A program made the translations under genes and the position numbers. The notes under the pieces were generated by a model. It was not told where the DNA came from. It searched no databases and was given only the letters and a program-made list of their open reading frames with translations. 64,000 bases of DNA, taken from the NCBI RefSeq assembly GCF_004010195.1, contig NC_057728.1, forward strand, positions 52,406,401-52,470,400. The letters are read 5' to 3'. The stretch is from Chiloscyllium plagiosum. Taxonomy: Eukaryota. Numbering within the stretch: the first letter of the stretch is position 1; each line of letters starts with the position of its first letter. Shown here one piece after another: positions 35,801 to 47,800 of this stretch.

Positions 35801-38800
35801 TATTCCTAAACCAGTGCTGCTTGATTGCAGTGTTGATGGGGTGGTAAATAGCTGGTTCAGATTTGTCCTGTTTATTAAACATAAAAGACATAGTTGGGCA
35901 ATATTCCATAATTCTCCTTTGCAGGATCAGTGCCTTTAGCCATTGATAGCACATGGAGTGAATTATTTTGGTTGAAGATTGGCATCTGGATCTACCACTC
36001 AGCACTCTGGTTGAAAACTGTTGCAAATGTTTCAGCCTGTTCTTCTGCACTGATGTGTTGGGTTCCGTCATCACTGAAGATTGGAACAGCTGTGCAGTCT
36101 CTCTTGTAGAGAATTGTTTAATTATCCACCATGTTTGATGACTGGATGTGGCAGGACTGTAGAGCTTGGATCTGATCCATTAGTTGTGGAATCTCTTAGC
36201 CCAATCAATCGCTGCTTATGCTGTTTGGCAGGCAAGTAGTTCTGTCACTTTTGAGGTTGGTGTCTCATTTGTAAGAAAGCACTGTGCTGCTCTAGGTATG
36301 ATCGCCTCTATTATTTTATTGAACCATGCTTGATCCCCTGGATTGATGGTTTTAGTAAAGTGTGGAGCCAGGATATTGTAAATAGAGTTCGAGTACAGCT
36401 CTGCTGTTGCTGATTGCTCACCATGCCAATCTTTAAATTCTAGATCTGATCAAACATTATATTGCATTGTAATCTAATTTGGATAGACACATCCGCATCA
36501 GCTCTGATCAAAAATCCTCAGAAATGGTAGATGGGTGGGTGGGACAGAAGAGAGGCTCCTGATGAATCTGCTGCAGTCCAACACAGCTATTCCAGGGAGC
36601 TAGCATAAATGCAGTCAGAACTGATCATTCACAAAAATGAAATTTTCTATGTATACTTTATCAATTAGGAAGGTAGGCACTGGCAGAAGCACAATATATT
36701 AATTTCATATTTAGTTCCCCTGTTACCTTTAAATCTTTTTATAACATTCTCAGGACAAGTCTCCCTTACCTCATTCAATGCAAGTGATAGGGATTTCATT
36801 TGCCAGACCACATGCTCTCTCCTTTCTGGAAGGGTCGCCAAATTAAATCCCAATCAGAGGCAGGCAACTACTCATTGCCCCATAGCATCACAAGGGAGGT
36901 GGTAGCTTTTACTAATACTGCAGTGATCCAAGTTCAGGAATATCAAGGGCCCAAGTACTGGCAGATAATGGCAGGAAGGATATTGTTGGATTGGGGGAGG
37001 GGAGGGGGGGCGTTCCAGGTTGGCCCCCACCCATTCAATTGCTGTGTGTAAAAAAGGCACCAAATGCCTTTGATTTAGAGACCCTATCATTCTGCATCAA
37101 CACCTTCCTGCTCTGCCAAGTGGCTGCATTCACACCACTGGATAGCAAATCCCTCCAGTATCAGTAGTGGGATGAGGCACTTCGGTGAAGAATTAATCAA
37201 TAGCCGGTGAGGGAGCGTCAAGGTCTCTTGGTTCAGCAACACTCCCCAGGACCCCACTATTAAGTGTATAAATTCTGCTCTGATTTGCCTTTCCAAAATG
37301 CAGCACCTCACATTTATCTAAATTAAATTCCATCTGCCACTCCTCAGCCCATTGGCCCATCTGATCAAGATCCCATTGAACTCTGAGGTAACCTTCTTTA
37401 CTGTCCACTACACCTCCAATTTTGGTGTCATCTGCAAACATACTAACTATATCTCCCATGTTCATATTCACATCATTTATACAATTGACGAAAAGTAGCA
37501 AACCCAGCACTGATCCTTGTGGCACACCATTGGTCACAGTCCTCCAGTCTGAAAAGCAACCCTCCATCACCACCCTCTGTCTTCTACCTTTGAGCCAGTT
37601 CTGTATCCAAATGGCTAGTTCTCCCTGTATTCCATGAGATCTAACCTTGCGAACCAGTCTCCCATGGGGAACCTTGTTGAATGCCTTACTGAAGTCCATT
37701 TAGGTCACGTCCACCTCTCTGTCCTCATCAATCCTTTCTGTTACTTCTTCAAAAAACTCAATCAAGTTCGTGAGACATGATTTACCATGCACAAAGCCAT
37801 GCTGACTATCTCTAATCAGTACTTGCCTTTCCAAATGCATGCAAGTCCTGTCCCTGAGGATTCCCTCAAACAACTTGTTCACCATTGATATTAGGCTCAT
37901 TGGTCCATAGTTCCCTGGTTTTTCCTTACCACCTTTCTTAAATAGTGGCACCATGTTAGCCAATTTCCAGTCTTCCGGCACCTCACCTGTGACTATCGAT
38001 AATACAAATATCTCAGCAAGGGATCCAGCAATCATTTCCACAAAGTTCTAAGGTACACCTGATCAGTTCCTTGGGATTTATTCACTTCTATGCATTTTAA
38101 GATATCCAGCACCTCCTCCTCTGTAATGTGGATATTTTCAAGATGTCACCATCTATTCCCCACATTCTTTATCTTCCATGTCCTTCTCCATAGTAAATAC
38201 TGATGCAAAATACACATTTAGTATCTCCCCCATCTCCTGTGGTTCCACACAAAGGCCACCTTGCTGATCTTTGAGGGGCCCTATTCTCTCCCTAGTTACC
38301 CTTTTGTCCTTAATGTATTTATAAAAATCCCTTTGGATTCTCCTTAACCCTATTTGCCAAAGTAATCTCACATTCCCTTTTTATCTCCTGATTTCCCTCT
38401 TAAGTATACTCCTACTGCCTTCATACACTAAGGATTCCATTGATCTCTGCTGTCTAGCTCTAACATATGCTTCCTTCTTTTTCTTAATAAAAACCTCAAT
38501 TTCTCTCGTCATCCAGCATTCCTTACACCTACCAACCTTTCCTTTCAAACTAATAGGAATACACTGTCTCTGGACTCTCATTATCTCATTTCTGAAGTAT
38601 TTCCATTTTCCAGCCATCCCTTTACCTGCAAAATCAACTTTTCTAAGTTCTTGTCTAATACCATCAAAATTAGACTTCCTCCAATTTAGAATTTCAACTT
38701 TTAGATCTGGTCTATCCTTTTCCATCACTAATTTAAGACTAATAGAATTATGGTCGCTGACCCCAAAGTGCTTCTCCACTGACACCTTAGTCACCTGCCT

Positions 38801-41800
38801 TGCCTTATTTCCCAGGAGTAGGACAAGGTTTGCACCTTCTCTAGTTGGTACACCCACATACTGAATCAGAACATTTTCTTGTACATGCTTAACAAAATCT
38901 TCTATCTAAACCTTTAACACTATGGCATTCCCAGTCTATGTTAGGAAAGTTAAAATTCCCTACATCATAACCACTCTATTATTCTTCCAGATAACTGAGA
39001 TCTCCTTACAAATTTGTTTCTCAATTTCCCGTTGACTGTTTGGGGGGGGGGAGGGAAATCTATATTACAATCCCAATAAGCCTGCAAAGCTATTTTGTGC
39101 TACCTGCATTATTTGCCTGTTGAGCTTGGCGAGTTCAAATTCTGCGTTCTGGTATGCTCCTTCTTTGTTCAGTAACTCCCCCCGGATTTGACGATTCTAA
39201 AGAGATGCATTGACTTAGTCAGAATACTCTGAGAGACTTAATCACATTTCAATGTTAGCTTCAGCTTTTTTTATTTGGAAGTCTTCCTATTTTCCCACCT
39301 CATACACTAGGGCGAGTTCACTTTCAAAATAGCTTGCTCTGTGAAAGTCATGCGGTTCCCATCATAATCCCATGCTGCATAGAATTTACAACAGTGGATT
39401 ATGGAATTTCACTGCAGGCAAATATAAAACAAAAGGAATATATATTGCTTAAAAAATAACAGTTAAAATAATATTAAGCAAAGGGATATAATGGTTGTAT
39501 ACTTTTTTTTAGACAGTAGTATGCAGAGAAAACCTTCTAGAGGTCTAGAATTGTAAAGCAGCAAAATTGCGTCATATTATCGTCAATACTTGATTCGTAC
39601 TTTTGGCCTCTGTGTAATGGAAATGATTTTGAGGCACTGAAAGTAGTGTGAAAATGGTTCATAAAAGTGGTACTGGAACTGAGAGGCTATACTCAGCATG
39701 AAAGATTGAACTTCTTTCTCTACAGAAGAGGTGACAATATAATCAAATAGAGGTACTTAAAATTATGATGAATAGACACAGCTAAGAGTTTTTCCAATTG
39801 TGAAGAAGACCTGGAAGCTATTAACTTTTTTTTATTCATTCATGGGATGAGGGTGTCACTGTGCAGATCAGCATTTATTGCCCATTCCTAATTGCCCAGA
39901 GGGCAGTTAAGAGTCAACCATATTGCTGTGGATCTTCAGTCACATGTAGGCCAGACCAGGTAAGGATAGCAGTTTCCTTTCCTAAAGGACATTAGTGAGC
40001 CAGATAGGTTTTTCCGACAATTGATAATGGATTCACAGTCATCATTAGACTCTTACTTCTAGAGAGTATTGAGTTCAAATTACACCATTTGCCGTGGTGG
40101 GATTTGAACCCGGGTCCCCAGAACATCACTTGGGTCTCTGGATTAATAGCCAAGCGGTAATCCCACTATGCCATTTGCCTCTCTTATTAATGTAGGATAG
40201 TGACTAATAAATCTACTAGGGAACACTGTCGAAGATCCTTCATCCAGAATTCAGAATACAGAACTTGCTACCACAAGGGATGGCATGGTTGGTCAGTGGT
40301 TAGCTGCTTCACAGCACCAGGGATCCAGGTTTGATTCCACTCTCGAGAGTTTGCACATTCTCCCAGTGTCTGTATGGGTTCCTTCCGGGTGCTTCAGCTT
40401 CCTCCCATAGTCCAAAGATGTGTAGGTTAGGTGGATTGGCCACATTAAATTGCCAATAGCGTCCATGGATTTGTAGGTTAGGTGGATTAGCTGCGGAAAG
40501 CAGGGTTACAGGGACATGGTAGAGGGTTGGGTTTGGGTGGAATGCTCTTTCGGAGGATCAGTGTGGACTCAATGGGCCTGCTTCTACACTGTAGGATTCT
40601 ATGATCTCAACAATGTGGTGATACAGGGTGCAGTTGAAGCAAATAGCTAGATAAGCACACAAGGGAGAAAGTAATTGAATAATATACTGATCGGGCAAGT
40701 TGACGAGGGTAGGTATGAGGTCCTAAGGGCATTACTGGAACCAATTAAACAAAAAAAGGTTTCTGTTTCTACTGTGCATTCTAAGCTATTTTAATCATCT
40801 TTTAACTATGGTGAGGTAAGAGGCTTCTACTGAGTGGAACTGAATGATTAAGGATGTTATGCCTCAGTTAGAAAGGGAATTAGTGAGACCACATCTTAAG
40901 TACAATGATTAAAAAGTGTTGTAGAAACTCTATACGTCTGGTAGCATCTGTGGAGAGAAACAGAGTTAATGTTTCGAGTCCAATAGGATCTCAGGAATAG
41001 TTATGTTGGATTGAAATGTTTCTGTATCTCTCACCACAGATGCTCCTAGCGCTGTGGTATTTTCTCAAGTATTTTCTGTTCTTATTTCAGATTTCCAGCA
41101 TCCACAGTACTTTGTTTTTTTTGTATCATGAATACAGTGTGCAACTTTAGTCTCCTTATTTAGGAAAGGATGTAAATGCATCAGAGGCAGTTTCAAGATA
41201 CTGAAATGAGTGAATTGTCTTATGAAGTTTAATTTTCAGACTGGGTGAGGGGTGACTTGATTTAACTTTATGAGATAGTGAAAGATCTTAATAAGATGGA
41301 CGTAGAAAGGATATTTCCTCTTCTGGGGGAGTCCAGAACTAGGGGACACTGTTTTAAAATTAGGGGCCATCCTAGGACAACAATGAGGAGAAGCTTTTTC
41401 TCTGAGCTTTGTACAACTTTGGAATTCTCTGCCTCAGCAGGTAGTGGAAGCAGGAAATGTTTGGATCTTTTAAAGTGGGGCTAGATAGATTCTCATTAGC
41501 CAAAGGAATCAAACATTATTGGAAGGGGTTGCTAGAAATGGCAATGTATAATTTAAATCACAAACAGATAAGCCGAAATGACTATTCCTGCTCCTGTTTC
41601 ATATGTTTGTGAAACACAAGTGACAAAGACTCTAAATTAGAAACACCATTGGGGTTAAAGGGCAAGAACAATATCAGTGGAGGATAAACCAAAGAACTGA
41701 GAAACGCCTTCTCAATAAATGGTCTTTTATAACTATTTCTTCAGTAGCTTGTACTTATGCTAAATCAGTCAGATGGAAATTGGAGGCAATTCATTATTAG

Positions 41801-44800
41801 TAACTGAAATATTCCAGCTTTAAGAGCATGACTAGCACACCATCTTTCATAGTCAAAAATAAAGTGCAAACTCATGTTCTAGTGTGTTATTACAGGATGC
41901 TGAAGCTGATTATGTTCAAATATTTGTACTATATTAGTAGAATTCTGACCTGTAATTTAAGGCTCGATAGTTCTAGCCTTAACTGCTCTAGGAGGTCATC
42001 TAATGGGTCACCATTCTTGATAAAGTTCTTGGCTGGCTCTTCAGAATCAGTCAACTGCACTGGCTGAACATTCCTAGCCACGGGGATATCTGTTTGCTCA
42101 AGTGACTCTGCTACAGTATTCACAGTAAGCTCTGACAGCTTTGTCAAAGTAGGTGGCAATGACAATGGCCTGGCTGGAGTTTCTGGTTGTTCAGCTTGTC
42201 TGGTTTTTAACTCATCAACAGGCTTTTTCTTTACAAAATATTCTGTCGTCTGATGGGGAACATTCTGACTTTCTGTCAGGGAAGTTACTGATTCTTCCCA
42301 ACGCAAAGAGCTCCTCCGAGAACTTCCTGGCTGCCTTATGGACCTCTGGAGAATCTCTGAAATCTGGCTGGACATTTTCCTTACTGCAATATCTTTATAG
42401 TAATCAATGTCAGCAATGCTTTGTCTTGCTTTGACATAATAAAAATAATCATCTCTATTGTCCTGTATAAAAACAGAGCAGATGCATTCTAAATTATTTG
42501 ACATGTTCCTCTCAACACTCTGGTCATTCCTTAACAACATTCTTAAGCTAGAAATTAATAGAACTTTTGATGCAGTAGAGAAAAATAGATACAAAAGTGT
42601 TTTAAATGAACCAGAAATAATTACTTGTTCATATTTTACTGGAATTACATAGCAATTCCTGCTACAACTACAAAAACAAATACAGGAAAACACAAATACA
42701 GGTGTGGCACAGTGACTCAGTGGTTAGCACTGCTGCCTCACAGCGTCAGTGACGAGGGCTCGATTCCATGTTAGGTGACTGATTGTGTGAAGTTTGCACA
42801 TTCTCCCTGGGTCTACATGGGTTTCTTCCGGGTACTCCAGTTTGCTCCAATAGTTCAAGGATGTGCAGGCCAGGTGAATTAACAATGCTAAGTTGCTCAT
42901 AGTGTTACATGCATTAGTCAGATTTAAAGAGAGGTTGAAGGGTGGGTCTGGGTGGGTTGCTCTTTGGAGGGTCGGTGTGGACTTGTTGGACCAAGTGGCC
43001 TGTTTCCATACTGTAGTGAATCTAACTTAAAGCCTTCCTCAATATTAAAAAGAAATAACTGCTTCCAGATTGTAATTTATTATGGATCTACTTGCTTGAT
43101 AAATCTGTTGGCCCCAGTCATCATAGCTAATGAAAAATCAGTTTTTAAACAGATAATTATCCAAGCTTACACACAATGTGTGTTGTCCCTTCAGAAATTA
43201 TCTTCCTGTGGCTTCCTGGGATTAGGAGTTTAAGTGAAGAACATTGACACCACAGGATTGCATGCACACCTGCACAATGAAGCACCAGCAACTCGGTGTT
43301 GCATCAATCCCCTGCAGAATAGTATTAGAACTTGGAGATTTTCTACACCACAACTCGTGGTCCATACTAGCCAACTGTTTCTGACATATTCTACATTATA
43401 AAAAGGACTTTCTCAGATGATTTCATAACAGAAAATATTCTGACAAGTAATGATTGTTAGGTGTCTATTGGCAGATCATTTAATCCTCTGATCAATTTTC
43501 TCTCCATTTAGGTGCTGCCAGCTAGCGTTTTTCCAGAACTTTGTGTTTTTATTGCATTCTTGTTCCTCCCGAGAGATCTTGGTTTCAATAGTGTGGGGAA
43601 TATATACAGGCAAAATTGTGTGGGAAAGGACAGATTCAGTGATTTTTTTTACCATTTATTGCCATCTATGCTGGTCAGGATATTAAATTCTATTCACTCC
43701 TGCCATGACAGAATCAGTAAAATGGACCTGACAATTCATTTCAGGCTACATGTAAATTTCATTCATACAGAATCTACATGTTAACTCAAGCACGACAAAA
43801 GATGTAACGTAACCTAAAATTATTACTCCATGATTTTGATAATTTTGATAAAGCTATAATTTCAGCACAAAGCATATTGTATTACCTGGCGGTTTAACTC
43901 AAAGTTGACTGAACTTGACAGTTCTGTCTCTTTGCTAGAATTTATCTTCTCATTAAATGGATCCACCAACCCCAGGTCCTCGGCTGATATTCCTAGGTAC
44001 AGCATAATACAGCACAGTCTTGACATTTTATAGATTTAACCTTGATCAAATTAAATATGATACTAAAACAATCTATATTCTAAATTGAAGTTCACAAACC
44101 CTATTTTATACATGAAGTAGTATTTCAATTATACTTAAGAAATTTACTCAAAAAGGTAAACAGAGCTGATTTACAATCTACACATCTGTGCCTCATTATG
44201 TTTGAACTGTAGAAAGAGGGGCAAATGGCTTTTATTCATTTTAAACTTTTATGACTGTTTTGTCTAACTACAGAGGCCTTCAATGTTTATTCGAATCACT
44301 GGAAAAAGTAGATGAGGTCTTGTTTGACATGTCAGTTGTAAGGATGCAACTTCTGACAATGCAGCATGCAGAGCTGGCTTTTCCCATGGTGTGAGAACCC
44401 TGACTTTGGGACCAAATGGAGTTCTCAAGCTGCAGTTCCCAGATTTAATGGCAGCAATGGCACCATCTTCTGTTCCCTAATCAGCTGCCTTAGGACAGTG
44501 GGTGAGTTCTCAATCCTACCAGTCAGCCAGAGAGTCAGCAGTTCTGGAACCTCACTGGGTGAGGTGAGAGTTGCTGAAGCTGGTTAGCGACAGAGAAGGC
44601 CTCAGCATGGTGGTACACTCGGAGGCACATGCTTAAGTTAAAATTATTGGTGACGTTTGAGTGTGGGAGGTATGAAGGCAGAAGAAATTTATCATCTCAA
44701 AGTTGAGCAGAAAAACTGCACAGGAGCATACTGTTTAACCTTTCTTGCCCACACCTGTTGCGGGAAAGCTGAAATGTGGAGCTGGTGGCTTTGGTGCATG

Positions 44801-47800
44801 CAAGGGGCCACTCCACCACTGGCAAAATGCTAGCGTGCCCACAAAGATCAGAAGTAATTAGATTCATAATCAGCTTAATTGGCTGCCATTGTTATTTCAA
44901 GTAGCCCCTCTGGGAATCCTGCTTGTTTAGGAGAATTTTACAGTATTTAAAAGTGCAGTTTGCGAAGAAGGGAGTTTCATTAACTTATTTTCTTTATACA
45001 GGCGCTTATAATGAATATCACCTTGCCCCAATGTAGTTATTTGTTTTGCTCCACATTTGCAAATACATGAGTCAACAATTTCCTATTTGATAGTGATGCT
45101 TGCCTTGCGTTCACTGCAAAATCACAAACTAGGAGCTAAGCTTACCTCCCACACCTGCTTGCATGCCTTTGTCTTGAGCCATCCTACGAATCTGCCTCTT
45201 TAACACAAGTCTTTCTTCCTCCAGGCGTTCAATCTGAATTAACAAATATTGCAAGTTTTTGGACTTTTAAGTGGAACCGTCTTGCATATTAATGTGACAA
45301 ACCAATAGCAAGGCAAACAAAATGATTCACCAACCTCTTTTAGCAGAATCTGGTTCTCTGCTTGAAACTGCTGCTGTTTCAAATACTTGATTTTCCTAAA
45401 TTCACTTAGGTCAATTACTTCATTTGCAGCAAGGCCTAAGCATAAATTATTTTTTATTAGAGCAAGAAAAGACTGAATTTTCACCAACGTCATTTGCATC
45501 AGTAGTGCTAAGTATAATTGCATGTGACAATTGTTTTAACAATTCAATGGCACATAATATTTATTTGCAATCCACTTTCAGGGTCATGTACTGTAAAAGT
45601 GGCCTCACACGATCCTGGGCAGTTTTTACAAATCAACTAGGTTCATCCAGGTAAATTGCAAGGAAATTCAGAGAAAACAGCTAAAAGATGCTTAAATCTA
45701 CTAGATTTCCTGTAGCATTGTTCATGGTCTTTCAGATAATAGAGATTGTGACAAAACGGGGACTGTAAGCTACAAGCACAGCATTACCGAGGCATATTTA
45801 TTTATGGATTCCAAATCAAAGTTGATTATGACAGCATTTTCATTCCTATATACTGACATTAAAATGTGACCAAATATTGTGACCATAGCGAAAGTGAAAT
45901 ATGTTGTATAAATGCAATAAATTTGCATATTCTTTTCAGCTTCTGAAATACTCAAAGATCACATTTGTTACAACTGCAGATTTTCTTTTAAAATGTATAT
46001 TAAGAGTTTATTAATAGTTATATGAGATGAAGAATTTCTATCAGCTTGACCATGACTTGCAAACCACTTACTGGAGATAACAATCATAATTTGGTTAAAA
46101 TTTGCATTAAATGACTATGAAAAACCAAAGCTACAAAATTGAACCACTTTATAATGCTGCCCAAGGAATGTGTGAATTTGGGCTCAGTTCAACAAAATTC
46201 AATTGCAAGAACATCGCAGAGTCATCCTTTGCTGTTTTCCCTCATGTCCTACTACACAGATAGCAAGAGTTGTTATGCACACAAAAAACAGATCCTCTGA
46301 ATATAATAGGGATTGGGACTAAGGGATGACCAAACATCCCATGTGAAGCTGCACATTCAAACCACAGCATGTTATTGGGATTGATTACAGTGGAGTCTAG
46401 TACTGAAATCTAGCAAAACTACTCAAGTTCATTTTATTGGGAACCGTTTCAAATTTAATCTAGAAAATCACTAATTGTAAAGTGTAAACAAGGTCATCAA
46501 ATACATTCTGTTATCAAACATTGCTGAGGGTCTTAAGATGTACCTAAGCGTTGCCGGAAATTTTCATTTTCATCCAAAAGATCATTTATCTTCATTTCAA
46601 GCTTGTTTATCTCCTTTGTCGCTGCTTCAATTTGATGATCTCGGATTTTGATATGGTTCTTGCATTCCTTAATCTCTGCAACAGCATTTTCCAATCCATA
46701 AACACCCTAGTGCAGGATCACACCAATCAATGTAAGCAATTGTTGTCTGTTATACCAGAATGATACAGGCATTACATATTTTAAAGGTTATGGAACCAAA
46801 GTAAGCAAATTGAATTAAGATACAGAATAACCTTGATATACAGCAATTGAATCTTGTATCAGTTTCAAATCCTGTTCCTATACTACTTCTTTGACACAAA
46901 ATTAAAGGCATGCGTAATCCTAAAGCTTTCGTATGCTGGTTTCAAAGATCCTGCCTTCAGTTTCAGATACATTCGAGGCGCCCAAAAGCACAAATAATGT
47001 TCTGGTCATCCTGCTTTTTTAAGCAATATTGACAGTAAAAAAGTTGGAGAAGGTGATGACTGCAGATGCTGGAGATCAGAGTCGAGAGTATGGTGCTGAA
47101 AAAGCACAGCAGGTCAGGCAGCATCTGAGGAGCAGGATAAAGGACTTATGCCCGAAATGTCGCTTCTCCTGCTCTGCAGATGCTGCCTGACCTCCTGTGC
47201 TTTTCAAGCACCACACTCAAGACTCTTTAACACTTTAAATAAGGCACCCAAAATGAAGACCAGAGAGGAGGGTGGAGCGGATAGATGAGAAAGGTGATGG
47301 ATAGGTAAGGAGGGCGGTGCCAAATTGGAGGCTTGGGACTGGGATAATGTGGGGACAGGGGAAATGAGGAAACTGTTGAAAAAAGTTAGCCAGGACACCT
47401 GAGAGAGCATTCTCTGTCCTTCTGATAGAAGTGATCTTGTGTTTGCAAGGTGCTGCTTAAGGAGCTTTGGTAAATTTTTGAAATGCATTTTACAGATGCT
47501 ACACACTGCTGAAGAGCAACAGGAGTGGTGAGAGTGAATACTTATGAACATGATGCCAATCAAGTGGGCTGCTTAGTCCTGGATGTTGTTAAGCTTCTTG
47601 AGTGTTGCACTCATCAAGGCAAGTGGGGAGTATAACATCATACTCCTGACTTGTGCCTCGGAGATGGTGGAGAGGCTTTGGGGAGTCAGGGGGTGAGTTA
47701 CTCACAATATTCCTAGCTTCTGACCTGCGCTTGTAGCCACAGTTGAGTTGCTGGTGAATGTTAACTCCTAGCATGTTGATAGTAGAGGATTCAATGATAA

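Noticed and set aside
36770..36825. Exon-like segment on the minus strand (ccttccag|...GAG|gtaagg)
   Set aside because: It is open only in phase 1-0, while the upstream exons end in phase 0, and it shows no homology. It cannot be supported without RNA data.
43171..43215. Possible small minus-strand exon with a gtaagc donor between exon 18 and the 513-bp exon
   Set aside because: It has a stop codon in the required phase-0 frame.
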